Shown here piece after piece: positions 35,495 through 45,691 of a stretch of DNA of 64,000 bases. Below the pieces are notes generated by a model. It saw nothing but the letters and a program-made list of their open reading frames with translations. It ran no database searches and had not been told where the DNA came from. Source of the DNA: Candidatus Eiseniibacteriota bacterium (GTDB lineage Bacteria > Orphanbacterota > Orphanbacteria > Orphanbacterales > Orphanbacteraceae); the NCBI GenBank assembly GCA_043809585.1, contig JBDROZ010000064.1, positions 1 through 64,000 of the forward strand, written 5' to 3'. The number at the start of each line of letters is the position of its first letter. Within the stretch, counting starts at the first letter, position 1. The translations under genes were made by a program, and so were the position numbers.

Positions 35495-36544
35495 GTGCGC
35501 GCTCGGAATGGAATTCACGCCCTTCTCGTTCCCCTTCTTCTCCTCGCCGGCGTCGCCGCTCTCTCCTGCGATAGCCTGATGCCCGCCATGGGCTCGTACG
35601 ACGAGATCTTCGTCGTCTCCGACAGAGGTCCCGGGGAGGAGCTGATGGCCCCCCTCCGGGGTTGTTTCGAAATCGCCTTCGAGACGGTCCAGGAGGAGAC
35701 GCTCTTCCATCTCGTCCCGCTCAGCGTCCGGCAGCTCAAGGAAGCGCAGAACCGGAAGAACTACCTCGTCCTCGTCGACCTCTCCGACCGGAACGCCACG
35801 TTCGACATGGCGACGAAGCTTCTCGGCCGGGCGACCATGAACGAGGCCCTCCGGGCGGGGAAGCCGGCGGCGTATTTCGTCGACAACGCCTACTCCCACC
35901 AGCAGGTTCACGCCTTTCTGCTCGCGCCCCGGAGCAGCGCGTTCCCGAAGGCGATCGGCGACCAGGGACCGTCCATCCGGAACCAGTTCCTCCAGGCGAA
36001 CCGGAGGCGCATTCTCGAGTTTCTTCTCTTCCGGGGAGAGAAGAGGACCCTGGCCCGGAACATCTACGAGCGGTTCGGCTGGTCGATCCGCATCCCCTCC
36101 GGATTCACACCGACCCTGGACCATCTGGGGGGCGACTTCTTCTCCATGATGATGGACCGCCCCGGAAGGCGCTTCTTCGTCTGGTGGAAGGACTCCGTCG
36201 AGACGCTCCCCGAACCGGGGGAGGTGATGGCCCTCCGGGATAGTCTCGGGCGGCTCTACTACGAGGAGGACTTCGTCGAGCCGAGCCGAACGACAACGAC
36301 CCGCGCCGACTTCCAGGGGCGGGAGGCGGTCCGCGTGACGGGACTCTGGCAGAACGATCCCAAAGTCATCGGCGGGCCCTTCCGCTCGATCGCGTTCGTG
36401 GACGCCGCGAAGAGGCGCCTCTACCTGCTCGACTACGCGGTGTATGCGCCGGGTTTTACGAAGAAGTACTACCTCTGGGAGTTGGAGTCGGTCCTCGGGA
36501 CGTTCAGCCTCGAGCCCCCTCCGGACCAGGAGGAAGGCTCTTGA
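35495..36544 (+). CDS. DUF4837-like lipoprotein
   Basis: GGGAGG RBS and GTG; lipobox ALSC; RDSLG, GLWQN, GGPFRS, VYAPG. Confidence 0.7.
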   Translation: MRARNGIHALLVPLLLLAGVAALSCDSLMPAMGSYDEIFVVSDRGPGEELMAPLRGCFEIAFETVQEETLFHLVPLSVRQLKEAQNRKNYLVLVDLSDRNATFDMATKLLGRATMNEALRAGKPAAYFVDNAYSHQQVHAFLLAPRSSAFPKAIGDQGPSIRNQFLQANRRRILEFLLFRGEKRTLARNIYERFGWSIRIPSGFTPTLDHLGGDFFSMMMDRPGRRFFVWWKDSVETLPEPGEVMALRDSLGRLYYEEDFVEPSRTTTTRADFQGREAVRVTGLWQNDPKVIGGPFRSIAFVDAAKRRLYLLDYAVYAPGFTKKYYLWELESVLGTFSLEPPPDQEEGS

Positions 36545-37641
36545 AAGAGGTTCTCGTCCGTCTCGGGAACCGGTCCTATCCGATTCTCGTCTCCCCCGGC
36601 ATCCTCGATCGGGCGGGCGGGGAGATCGCGGCCCGGGTCGGCGCGGAACGCCTCTTCGTCGTCACCGACGAGCACGTGGATTCCCTCTACGGACCGCGGG
36701 TCTCCCGCTCCCTTCGCCGTGCGGGCTTCCGGGTCCACCGTTTCGTGATGAAACCGGGCGAAGCCCGCAAGTCCCTCGCCACGATCCGGAGAGTGTACGA
36801 TGCCCTTGCCGCCGCCGGGGCGGACCGCTCCACGGCGGTGGTCGCGCTCGGGGGGGGCGTGGTCGGAGACGCCGCCGGGTTCGCCGCCGCCACATGGCAC
36901 CGGGGAATCCCCCTCGTCCAGATCCCGACGACCCTTCTCGCCCAAGTCGATTCCTCGGTGGGGGGGAAGACGGGGGTGAACCTGCCGTCGGGAAAGAACC
37001 TCGTCGGCGCCTTCCACCAACCCGCCCTGGTTCTCGCCGATCCCGATTGCCTCCGCACCCTGGCGGACCGCGAGTACGCCTCCGGCCTCGGCGAGGTGGT
37101 GAAGTACGGGATGATCCGGGACGAGCCGTTCTTCCGCCGTCTCGAGAGGCATTCGGCGGCCGTCCTCGCCCGGGACCCGGAGGAGATGGGCCGGGTGGTG
37201 GAGCGCTGCTGCCTTCGGAAGGCGGAATACGTGGTCGCCGACGAACTCGACCTCTCCGGGCGCCGGGCCCACCTGAACTACGGACACACCTTCGGCCACG
37301 CCGTGGAGAGCGCCACCGGATACCGCCGCTACAGGCACGGCGAGGCGGTCGCCCTCGGGATGACCGCCGCGAGCCGGGTCTCGGTTCTTCTCGGCGATCT
37401 CGCCGGCGAGGAGCGGGAGCGTCTCGTCGGGCTGCTCCGTTTCTTCCGGCTTCCCACGAGCGGCGTACCCGTCCGACCCGCCGACCTCCTCGCCCGGTTC
37501 CGGAAGGACAAGAAGAGCCGCTCGGGACGAGTAAGAATCGTATTGACAAAGGGTATCGGCTCCGCTATCGTCTCCGAATCGGTACCGAGACCGCTGCTTC
37601 TCCGCGGCCTGCGGGAGATCTGTGCTCCCCTCCGGGGCTAG
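36541..37641 (+). CDS. aroB: 3-dehydroquinate synthase
   Basis: ALGGGVVGDAAGF, PTTLLAQVDSSVGGKTG, LNYGHTFGHA, HGEAVA. Confidence 0.96.
   Translation: MKEVLVRLGNRSYPILVSPGILDRAGGEIAARVGAERLFVVTDEHVDSLYGPRVSRSLRRAGFRVHRFVMKPGEARKSLATIRRVYDALAAAGADRSTAVVALGGGVVGDAAGFAAATWHRGIPLVQIPTTLLAQVDSSVGGKTGVNLPSGKNLVGAFHQPALVLADPDCLRTLADREYASGLGEVVKYGMIRDEPFFRRLERHSAAVLARDPEEMGRVVERCCLRKAEYVVADELDLSGRRAHLNYGHTFGHAVESATGYRRYRHGEAVALGMTAASRVSVLLGDLAGEERERLVGLLRFFRLPTSGVPVRPADLLARFRKDKKSRSGRVRIVLTKGIGSAIVSESVPRPLLLRGLREICAPLRG
37543..37571 (+). promoter_or_regulatory. Internal sigma70-type promoter in the aroB 3' end
   Basis: TTGACA-N17-TATCGT in a locally AT-richer codon patch. Confidence 0.5.
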
Positions 37642-37687
37642 CCCGGGCTACGGCCACGGGGGTATATCCATACAGCGCCAGGGGGTC

Positions 37688-38242
37688 GTGTTGGGCGAGA
37701 ACACCGCTGTGGATCGTCTGCGAAAAGCCGTAGCCGATGACGCGGGATCACTCTCGTTCGTCGCGCTGGCCCACGTCCTCCTCGAACGGGGGGAGCCGGA
37801 CGAGGCGATCCGGATCTGCGAAGAGGGGCTCCAGAGACACCCCAACCACTCGACGGGGCACCTGATCCTCGGCCTCGCCCTCGAGGGGGCCGACCGGGAG
37901 GAGGATGCCGTCCGGTCCCTCCAGGAGGTGCTGAATCTCGATCCCGGAAACCGGATCGCGGTGAAGAGGCTCGGCGAGGCGTACAGGCGCCGGAACAAGA
38001 AGTCCCCCCCCGGAAAGAAGAAGGAGAGCGAGTTCCCTCCGGAGGAGGGGGAAGAGGCGGTGGAGGTCGATCTCGGCCAGGAGATCGCCTTCTTCACGTT
38101 CTCCATGGCCGAGGTGTACGAAAAGCAGGGCTTCTTCGAGAAGGCCCTCGCCATCTACCGCAGGGTTCTCACGATCCAACCGGGCCGCGACGAGGTGCGC
38201 GACCGGATTCAGGAACTCAAGCGGAAGATGAGCGCCGCTTAG
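37688..38242 (+). CDS. TPR-repeat protein
   Basis: FVALAHVLLERG..EEGLQRHP..GHLILG; C-terminal SMAEVYEKQG..ALAIYRRVL; start uncertain. Confidence 0.8.
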   Translation: MLGENTAVDRLRKAVADDAGSLSFVALAHVLLERGEPDEAIRICEEGLQRHPNHSTGHLILGLALEGADREEDAVRSLQEVLNLDPGNRIAVKRLGEAYRRRNKKSPPGKKKESEFPPEEGEEAVEVDLGQEIAFFTFSMAEVYEKQGFFEKALAIYRRVLTIQPGRDEVRDRIQELKRKMSAA

Positions 38243-38255
38243 GCGGGGGAGAGCA

Positions 38256-38723
38256 TTGACCGAGCCGGGAACCCGTCGTATCACCGTTCTCCACGGGCCG
38301 AACCTCGATCTCCTCGGTACGAGAGAGCCCGAGATCTACGGCCGGGACACGCTGGAGACCATCGACCGGGAGATCCGGGATCTCGCCCGCTCTCTCGGAT
38401 GGGAAGCCGAGACGCACCAAACCAACGACGAAGGGGAGATGATCGGGCTCCTTCACCGGGCCGGCGAGGAGGCCGCGGGCATCATACTGAACGCGGGGGC
38501 GTGGACGCACACGAGCTACGCCCTCCGGGACGCGGTCGCGTCGGCGCGGCCGCCGGTGATCGAAGTCCATCTGTCCAACGTCTACGCCCGAGAGGAATTC
38601 CGCCACCGCTCGGTGATCGAAGACCTGGTGGCGGGGAAGATCCTCGGGTTCGGCAAGGAGAGCTACCTGCTCGCCGTGCGGGCCATCGTCGCTCTTCTCG
38701 GGAGGAACGGTCAGGGGCCATGA
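38256..38723 (+). CDS. aroQ: Type II 3-dehydroquinate dehydratase
   Basis: LHGPNLDLLGTREPEIYG, HTSYALRDA, IEVHLSNVYAREEFRH. Confidence 0.96.
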   Translation: MTEPGTRRITVLHGPNLDLLGTREPEIYGRDTLETIDREIRDLARSLGWEAETHQTNDEGEMIGLLHRAGEEAAGIILNAGAWTHTSYALRDAVASARPPVIEVHLSNVYAREEFRHRSVIEDLVAGKILGFGKESYLLAVRAIVALLGRNGQGP

Positions 38724-39283
38724 TCGGAGCGATGGAACTGAAAACGGGGAACGTGATCCGTCTCGAGGGGGAGCTCTGGACCGTCATCGAGCGGAATCAC
38801 GTGAAGCCCGGCAAGGGGGGCGCTTTCGTCCGCATGAAGCTGCGCCAGGTGAAATCCGGAGCAGTAGTGGACAAGACGTTCCGGGGGGGCGAGAAGTTCG
38901 ACGACGTCCGCCTCGAGCGCGTCAAGATGCAGTTCCTCTACGAGTCGGGGGACGAATACCACTTCATGAACAATCAGACCTACGATCAGGTCGCACTGAC
39001 CCGGGATTTCATCGGCGAGGACGTTCAGTACCTCAAGGAGAACCTGGAGATCGAGGTCCTCATGCACGAAGGCAATCCGGTCAGCTGCGAGATCCCGAAC
39101 TTCGTGATCCTCAAGATCGTGAAGACCGACCCCGGCCTGAAGGGCGACACCGCTTCGGGGGGCTCCAAACCGGCAACCCTCGAGTCGGGCGCCGTGGTGC
39201 AGGTTCCCCTCTTCATCCAGGAGGGGGAGGTCATCAAGGTGGACACCCGGTCCGGTACCTATGTGGAGAGGGCCTCAAGTTAA
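38720..39283 (+). CDS. efp: Elongation factor P
   Basis: HVKPGKGGAFVR, KGDTASGGSKPATLESG, VPLFI, VDTRSGTY. Confidence 0.97.
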   Translation: MIGAMELKTGNVIRLEGELWTVIERNHVKPGKGGAFVRMKLRQVKSGAVVDKTFRGGEKFDDVRLERVKMQFLYESGDEYHFMNNQTYDQVALTRDFIGEDVQYLKENLEIEVLMHEGNPVSCEIPNFVILKIVKTDPGLKGDTASGGSKPATLESGAVVQVPLFIQEGEVIKVDTRSGTYVERASS

Positions 39284-39293
39284 GGAGCGCGCC

Positions 39294-39764
39294 GTGAGGA
39301 GCGACGAAGTCCGAGAGCTGATTCGCATCGTCGAAGAGAGCGAGATCGAGGAGATCGAGATCTCCTCCTGGGGCAGGAAGATCCGGATCTCCAAACGGGC
39401 GGCCCCCCAGGTCCTCGCTGCGGCCGCTCCGGTGGCGATTCCGGCCGCCCCTGCGGCAGCGCCCCTCTCGGCCGATAAGAGGGATGGGGAGACCTCCGCC
39501 TCCGCCGGGGAGGACGTCACCGACCTCGTACCGATCAAGTCCCCCATGGTGGGCACGTTCTACGCCGCCCCCGCCCCGGACTCCGATCGGTACGTGAAGG
39601 TGGGCGACCACATCTCGAAGGGGGCCGTGGTTTGCATCGTCGAAGCGATGAAGCTCATGAACGAGATCCGTTCCGAGTCGGACGGCCGTCTCGTCAAGGT
39701 CCTCGTGGAAAACGGCCAGCCCGTCGAGTACGGGCAGACCATGTTCTTGCTCACACCGGCCTAA
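39294..39764 (+). CDS. accB: Biotin carboxyl carrier protein
   Basis: SPMVGTFY, EAMKLMNEI, Ala/Pro linker; AAGGAG RBS and GTG. Confidence 0.96.
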   Translation: MRSDEVRELIRIVEESEIEEIEISSWGRKIRISKRAAPQVLAAAAPVAIPAAPAAAPLSADKRDGETSASAGEDVTDLVPIKSPMVGTFYAAPAPDSDRYVKVGDHISKGAVVCIVEAMKLMNEIRSESDGRLVKVLVENGQPVEYGQTMFLLTPA

Positions 39765-39816
39765 GGCCCCCCGGCGACCGACGCGGGCGGCCGAGGCCGC
39801 GCGCGGGAGGTACGGC

Positions 39817-40986
39817 GTGATTGATCTGAAGGCGTTGCTCAAGGAGATGACCCAGCTGAGGGCTTCGGACCTCCACGTGAAGGCGGGCTCCCCGCCCATT
39901 TACAGAATCGACGGCGATCTGAGAAGAACGGACCTCGAGGAACTGACGCCGGAGGACATGCTCGCCCTCGCCGACCAGGTCCTCATGCCCGCCCAGAAGG
40001 ACATCCTGAACGACGAGATGCAGGTCGACTTCGCGGTCAGCCTGAAGGGCGTGGGGCGGTTTCGGGCGAACTTCCATTCCCAGCGGGGGAGCCTCGCCAT
40101 GACCTTCCGGCTGGTTCCCTTCGAGATCGCGTCGACGGCCGACCTGAACCTGCCGCCCGTCGTGGGAGAGATCGCCGACAAGCCCCGGGGGCTGGTGCTC
40201 GTGACCGGCACCGTGGGGAGCGGAAAATCGACCACCCTCGCCGCCATGATCGACCGCATCAACCGGGAGCGGAACGCCAAGATCATCACCATCGAGGATC
40301 CGATCGAGTTCATCCACGAGGATCGGAAGGGGCTGATCATCCAGCGGGAGGTCGGAGAGGACACGCGCACGTTCGAGGCCGCGCTCCGCCACGTACTCCG
40401 GCAGGACCCGAACGTGATCCTCATCGGCGAGATCCGCGACGTGACGACCATGATGGTGGCCCTTACCGCGGCGAACACGGGCCATCTGGTGCTCACCACG
40501 CTCCACACCATCGACGCCATGCAGACGATCAACCGGGTGATCTCGTTCTTTCCGCCCCACCAGCACAGGGAGATCCGGTTCCTGCTCGCCTCGAGCCTGC
40601 AGGCGATCGTCTCCCAGAGGCTCGTGAGGCGGAAGGAATCGGAGGGGCGGATTCCCGCCGTGGAGGTGCTGCTTTGCACCGCCACGATCCGCGACTTCAT
40701 CCTGGATCCGGAGAAGACGCCGTTGATCCGACAGGCCATCCAAGAGGGATTCACCGAGTACGGGATGCAGACGTTCGACCAGTCCCTCATGCAGCTTCAT
40801 AAAGAGGACCGGATCACCTTCGAGGAGGCGCTCCGCCATTCGTCGAACCCGAGCGAGTTCGACCTCAGGGTGCGGGGGATCGAGTCGGCATCCGACAAGA
40901 CCTGGGATTTCTTCGAGGGAAGAAGCGAGGAAGGCGAACTCGCCGAGGGAAGCGCCCTGCCCCTCCGTGGAGGCGACGGGGGCTGA
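39817..40986 (+). CDS. pilT: PilT/PilU-family type IV pilus retraction ATPase
   Basis: ASDLH, VTGTVGSGKSTTLAAM, TIEDPIE, LRQDPNVILIGEIRD, TGHLV..TLH, GMQTFDQ. Confidence 0.88.
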   Translation: MIDLKALLKEMTQLRASDLHVKAGSPPIYRIDGDLRRTDLEELTPEDMLALADQVLMPAQKDILNDEMQVDFAVSLKGVGRFRANFHSQRGSLAMTFRLVPFEIASTADLNLPPVVGEIADKPRGLVLVTGTVGSGKSTTLAAMIDRINRERNAKIITIEDPIEFIHEDRKGLIIQREVGEDTRTFEAALRHVLRQDPNVILIGEIRDVTTMMVALTAANTGHLVLTTLHTIDAMQTINRVISFFPPHQHREIRFLLASSLQAIVSQRLVRRKESEGRIPAVEVLLCTATIRDFILDPEKTPLIRQAIQEGFTEYGMQTFDQSLMQLHKEDRITFEEALRHSSNPSEFDLRVRGIESASDKTWDFFEGRSEEGELAEGSALPLRGGDGG

Positions 40987-41106
40987 TCCCCTTCCACGAG
41001 CCGCGCCCGGTTCTCTCGAAAGCCGTTCGAAAGACCAAGTCCGCCCGGCGGGATTCCGGCGGGACGGTTTCCGGAGCGCGCCGCGCGCTGGGGAAAGGAG
41101 AGCACC

Positions 41107-42477
41107 GTGTTCCGCAAGGTGCTGATCGCCAACCGGGGGGAGATCGCCCTCCGCGTCATACGGGCCTGCCGGGAGCTCGGCGTTCGGACCGTCGCGGTTT
41201 ACTCCGAGGCGGACCAGGACTCGCTCCACGTGCGTTTCGCCGACGAAGATGTCTGCGTCGGCGGCGCGGCGAGCACGGAAAGCTACCTGAACATCCCCCG
41301 CATCATCGCGGCGGCGGAAGTCTCCGGCGCCGACGCCATCCACCCGGGCTACGGGTTCCTCGCCGAGAACCCGCGGTTCTCGGAAATCTGCGAGTCGAGC
41401 GACATCACTTTCATCGGACCGACGGCGGAAGTGATCCGGCGGATGGGGAACAAGGCCGCCGCCCGCCGCACCATGATGGAGGCCGGCGTCCCCGTGGTCC
41501 CCGGGAGCGAGGGACTCATTCAGTCGGAACCGGACGCGCTCCGCATCGCCCGGGAAATCGGTTATCCCGTGATGATCAAGGCGAGTGCCGGCGGCGGCGG
41601 GAAGGGCATGCGCGTGGCCCGGGACGACGCCTCCCTCCGGGAAGGTCTCAAGATGGCCCGGAACGAGGCGGAGTCCGCCTTCGGCGACTCGAGCGTCTAC
41701 CTCGAGAGGATGATTATGACGGCCAAGCACGTCGAATTCCAGATCATGGCCGACGACTACGGCAACGTGGTGCACCTCGGGGAACGGGACTGTTCCGTTC
41801 AGCGGCGCCACCAGAAGCTGATCGAGGAGTCCCCCTGTCCTACCCTCGACGACCGCACCCGGCGGGAGATGGGCGAGGCGGCGGTTCGCGGGGCGAGGGG
41901 GGTCGACTACCGCGGCGCAGGCACCATCGAGTTCCTGCTCGAACCCTCGGGCAACTACTACTTCATGGAGATGAACACCAGGATCCAAGTGGAACATCCC
42001 GTGACCGAAGAGGTCACCGGATTGGACCTCGTGAAGACGCAGATCCTCGTCGCCGCCGGCGAGCGGCTCCGTTTCACTCAGGAAGACGTGAATCTGGTAG
42101 GGCACGCCATCGAGTGCCGGATCAACGCCGAGGATCCGGATAACGGTTTCATTCCCTCGCCCGGGACGATCGAGACCTTTCACGTTCCCGGGGGCCCGGG
42201 CGTTCGCGTCGATTCCCACGCCCACGCCGGCTTCGTCGTCTCGCCCCATTACGACTCCCTGCTGGGGAAACTGATCACCCGCGGCTCGGACCGGGACGAG
42301 GCGATCGCACGCATGCGCCGCGCCCTCTCCGAGTTCATCATCGAGGGGGTCCGGACCACCATTCCCTTCCACCTTCGCATACTGGATCACGAGCGATTCC
42401 AGGCGGGCGACACGGACGTCCGTTTCGTGGAGACCATGGGTGAGGCCGAGGCGATGAAGGAGAGCCGGGTTTCATGA
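41107..42477 (+). CDS. accC: Biotin carboxylase
   Basis: [43 protein letters not shown]. Confidence 0.97.
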   Translation: MFRKVLIANRGEIALRVIRACRELGVRTVAVYSEADQDSLHVRFADEDVCVGGAASTESYLNIPRIIAAAEVSGADAIHPGYGFLAENPRFSEICESSDITFIGPTAEVIRRMGNKAAARRTMMEAGVPVVPGSEGLIQSEPDALRIAREIGYPVMIKASAGGGGKGMRVARDDASLREGLKMARNEAESAFGDSSVYLERMIMTAKHVEFQIMADDYGNVVHLGERDCSVQRRHQKLIEESPCPTLDDRTRREMGEAAVRGARGVDYRGAGTIEFLLEPSGNYYFMEMNTRIQVEHPVTEEVTGLDLVKTQILVAAGERLRFTQEDVNLVGHAIECRINAEDPDNGFIPSPGTIETFHVPGGPGVRVDSHAHAGFVVSPHYDSLLGKLITRGSDRDEAIARMRRALSEFIIEGVRTTIPFHLRILDHERFQAGDTDVRFVETMGEAEAMKESRVS

Positions 42478-43208
42478 GCGACGGGAAGACCCGGTTCCAC
42501 GTCTTCTTTACTCCCCACGAACTCGGCGACGCCTCCGTCAAGGGGAAGGGCGTCGTCGTGGTCGACGTGCTCCGATTCGGGACGACCCTCGCCAGGGCTT
42601 TCGAAATGGGCGCGGATCTCGTCATTCCCGTCGCCTCCACCGAGGACGTGACCCGCCTCGCCTCCACTCTCGACCGGAAGCAAATCGTCCTCTGCGGGGA
42701 ACGGGACGGCGTGCGAATCGAGGGATACGGCCTCGGCAACTCCCCGGAGGCGTACTCGGAGGAGGCCGTGATGGGGAAGACCCTCGTCATGACCACCACG
42801 AACGGCACCGCCTCCGTCGCCCGCGCCGAAGGGGCGAAGGAGATCCTCGTCGCGTCCCTCGTCAATCTCCACGCCGTGGTGAGCGTTCTCACGGCCGACC
42901 TCGAGTGGATCGTCCTCTGCTCCGGACGGCGGGGCCGGTTCGCCCTCGAGGATGCCCTTTGCGCCGGCGCGATCGTTGCCGGACTGCGCGAGCGGGGCAT
43001 CAAGCCCTCCCTGAACGACGCGGGCCGCAGCGCCGAGTTCCTCTTTCGCTCCGCCGGGGATGACCTGCCCCGCATTCTCGCCGGAACCGAATCCGGCGAG
43101 CTTCTCCACGATCTCGGGTGCGCGGACGACATCGCTTTCTGCGCGCGCGTCGACTCGATCCCCATCGTGCCCCGCGTGCAGGACGGGAGAATTCCGCGGC
43201 CGGAGTAG
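42474..43208 (+). CDS. comB: 2-phosphosulfolactate phosphatase family protein
   Basis: [37 protein letters not shown]. Confidence 0.9.
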   Translation: MSDGKTRFHVFFTPHELGDASVKGKGVVVVDVLRFGTTLARAFEMGADLVIPVASTEDVTRLASTLDRKQIVLCGERDGVRIEGYGLGNSPEAYSEEAVMGKTLVMTTTNGTASVARAEGAKEILVASLVNLHAVVSVLTADLEWIVLCSGRRGRFALEDALCAGAIVAGLRERGIKPSLNDAGRSAEFLFRSAGDDLPRILAGTESGELLHDLGCADDIAFCARVDSIPIVPRVQDGRIPRPE

Positions 43209-43226
43209 GGTCACCTCCGAAGTTCC

Positions 43227-43272
43227 TGTTCTCCTCCGACTCCTCCTCTGCACCTCGGAGCAGTCGTGCCCG
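43227..43272 (+). repeat. Dispersed repeat motif A, diverged copy
   Basis: 35/46 ungapped identity to 49515-49560; 18 nt after the comB stop. Confidence 0.65.
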
Positions 43273-43349
43273 CTCATTCCAAAGTCCGAGCCTGGAATTT
43301 GCACAAACCTCCTACTGCGATCTCGGATCGCCGCCTGCCATTAAGAAGC

Positions 43350-43378
43350 TTGACCTAAGCGAAGTGACCGGATAGAAT
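43350..43378 (+). promoter_or_regulatory. Sigma70-type promoter
   Basis: TTGACC-N17-TAGAAT upstream of the AT-rich gene. Confidence 0.65.
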
Positions 43379-43421
43379 TCCTTATGGATAGTCTATGGAT
43401 AGTGAATCATGATAAATAAAG

Positions 43422-44828
43422 GTGATAGTCATGGCTATAATTTCCCCTGAACAATATGATCGTGAATTAAAGGATGAAGCAGCAAGAAGGTCGCTTGAAG
43501 CTGAGGTAAATGCAACTTCTGGAACATTAAGGGAAGCGATCGTGCCCCAGACAGATGGGATTGTTCCGGTTTATGAAGGGTTCAGCGATCCTAACGCTAC
43601 AGGAAAAGAGCCTGTCCGGCCAAATACTGGCGTAAGGCCGATAGGGTCAAGAGGTGGAAGGATTGCTGTTGTTGGATCTGCTGCTTTAATGGCATTAGCG
43701 CCTTTCTTACTTGCCTCAGATGCAGAAGGGAAAACATACATTGTCCCAGCTGGAGGCGATGTTCAAGCTTATATTGACAGCACGACCGGGAGCGTTGGGG
43801 ACACTATAGAACTTGGACCGAATGTTTATACTGGCGCTGGGTTGAAGATTGATCCGACTGGAGCGATCTCGGGAGGAAACCCAAGAGGTGGATTAGATTT
43901 ACTAATAACCGGATCAGGTCCAGATTTAACTGAATACCAAGGAAATGGATTATCTTCTGCATTAAGAGCGTATAGAGCAGGAAATATAATCATATCTGGA
44001 ATTTCTTTAAATAATCAATTATCAATGGATTTTCCAGTAATTTTAATCGATTATGACACTCCATCATTAGTAAATTGTAAATTAGTGAATAGTGGGGCTG
44101 GTGCTTATATTCGTACAACTAATGAAGGTACAAGAATGACTCATTGCATTGTAACTAATGTCGATATTGCAGGAGTTGTAAATTACCATGCAGTCGGCGA
44201 CACATTACCCCATCTCCAAATCGACTCGACCTCAATCAGCAGAGGGACGGCATATCCTGCATTGGGACCGTGGATAGCTTATCTCAAAGGCTGGAACAAC
44301 GCTGTGCTCACCGGCGAGGGCAACACCTTCGGCGAAGGTGATGGCGAGCTGTTTGCGGGCAAGACCGCAACTGATTTACCGATACTTATAGACTACAACA
44401 GCAACCGCGACGCAGAGTTCAGGCTGGGCGACAACACATATGCCGAGCCCTACTTGTCAGAAATAATAGCTCACGGTGACAGCTGGAACCACGCGTTCGT
44501 CAAGGACGCATTGGACGGGCAGGGCACTGGAAGGTATCTGGTTGCGAGCCCTCTGACATGGGTCGAGGAAGGCGGCAGAGCAAGACCGGTAGCCTCGGGT
44601 AGATTAGTAACTCCGGTGAGCGATGGCCAGCTGAGGTTTGCGAAGGACGCTCCTCCGCAGGAAGCCCTGGTAGCGATCTACGGCGTGAACGGCAGGCAGT
44701 ACCTCGAGCAGCAGGTCCGGCCAGGGCAAGTGATAGACCTGGGCGGGCTCCCTCCGGGAGGCTATCTCGCCAGGATCCTTGTTCCGGGACAGGAGCCCGT
44801 GATGCAGAAGTTCGTCAACGTCAACTGA
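43422..44828 (+). CDS. AT-rich secreted beta-helix-like protein with a T9SS (Por secretion tail)-like C-terminus
   Basis: Only long ORF in an AT-rich patch; hydrophobic segment near aa 80-100; VQAYID..GDTIELGPNVY beta-helix cap; IYGVNGR..IDLGGLPPGGYLARI..KF tail; start may be ATG 43431. Confidence 0.75.
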   Translation: MIVMAIISPEQYDRELKDEAARRSLEAEVNATSGTLREAIVPQTDGIVPVYEGFSDPNATGKEPVRPNTGVRPIGSRGGRIAVVGSAALMALAPFLLASDAEGKTYIVPAGGDVQAYIDSTTGSVGDTIELGPNVYTGAGLKIDPTGAISGGNPRGGLDLLITGSGPDLTEYQGNGLSSALRAYRAGNIIISGISLNNQLSMDFPVILIDYDTPSLVNCKLVNSGAGAYIRTTNEGTRMTHCIVTNVDIAGVVNYHAVGDTLPHLQIDSTSISRGTAYPALGPWIAYLKGWNNAVLTGEGNTFGEGDGELFAGKTATDLPILIDYNSNRDAEFRLGDNTYAEPYLSEIIAHGDSWNHAFVKDALDGQGTGRYLVASPLTWVEEGGRARPVASGRLVTPVSDGQLRFAKDAPPQEALVAIYGVNGRQYLEQQVRPGQVIDLGGLPPGGYLARILVPGQEPVMQKFVNVN

Positions 44829-44858
44829 TGATTTTTCCACCATTAGAAGATATCTTAT

Positions 44859-44996
44859 GAGTCAATCCCATTCCTAGTTGAAAATCTCCACGGCTCATGA
44901 CTGGCTAAGCGACCTTCCTCTTCGACGACTTCTCTTCGATCTTCCGTTCTTGCTTCAAGGCTTCGCGGAGCTTGGGGAGGTGGCGGTAGGAAAGAC
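44859..44996 (-). mobile_element. Probable IS256-family remnant (transposase C-terminus plus terminal inverted repeat)
   Basis: Minus frame YRHLPKLREAL..KVA* resembles IS256 transposase ends as I recall them; followed by TTTCAACTAGGAATGGGATTGACTC; truncated at a motif B palindrome. Confidence 0.5.
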
Positions 44997-45077
44997 GGGG
45001 GACACGAAACGAGTTCATGTCCCCCGCATTCCGCCCGAGGCCTGTCCTGAGTAGGACCGAACGTCCGTATCGAAGGG
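44997..45077 (+). repeat. Motif B palindrome (GGGGGACACGAAACGAGTTCATGTCCCCC) followed by motif C
   Basis: B matches 49628-49672 and 50110-50149; C matches 29285-29322. Confidence 0.85.
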
Positions 45078-45215
45078 CTCGAGCGGAACCAGTCCCCCGC
45101 TCACTCCGAAGCTCTAATCGCGGTTTGACTGATGAGGAGCCCACGGGCCCAAGCGGGCGGACGCCTTCCCTTCCCCCTCTCGAATTCCATGGGCGCCCAT
45201 GCCTACCGCTCCCCG

Positions 45216-45270
45216 GTTCATCCTTCGATACACCACCTCGCTTCGCTCGGCGGCACTCAGGACGAACGGG
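45216..45270 (-). repeat. Inverted motif C copy
   Basis: Reverse complement CCCGTTCGTCCTGAGTGCCGCC...GGTGTATCGAAG matches 29239-29285 on both flanks. Confidence 0.8.
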
Positions 45271-45691
45271 AGAAGGTATTCCATCGGTAGTCCTTGCCGA
45301 TCATTCCCAGCCACGGGCGGGTGGCCGGGGTGTTGGGTGGGGGGATGAAGCGGCGAGTTGCCGGGAGCGCCGGTGAGCCTCGAGCCGGACGTCGGAAGAT
45401 CGAGTAGGCGCGGACGGCATGTTTGAGCCGCCATCCCTCCACCCACGCCCCGGGCGGGTGGCGCCGGCGGGGGCCCGCGAGGAGCGCAGGCACCAAGCGC
45501 CAGATCCCGACGAACAGGAACCAAACCGAGAGCGAAAGGTGCGGTTCTCGCCCTGCAGAACCCCTCAGGACAAGGCGCGACTGCCGAGCACTGCAGCGGG
45601 CGGCCGGCGACAGGTCCCGCCCGTACGAGGACCGGGCGACCGCCCTCATTCCCGTATTGCGGAAGTCCTGCGGCCGGAGTACCATGCACCC

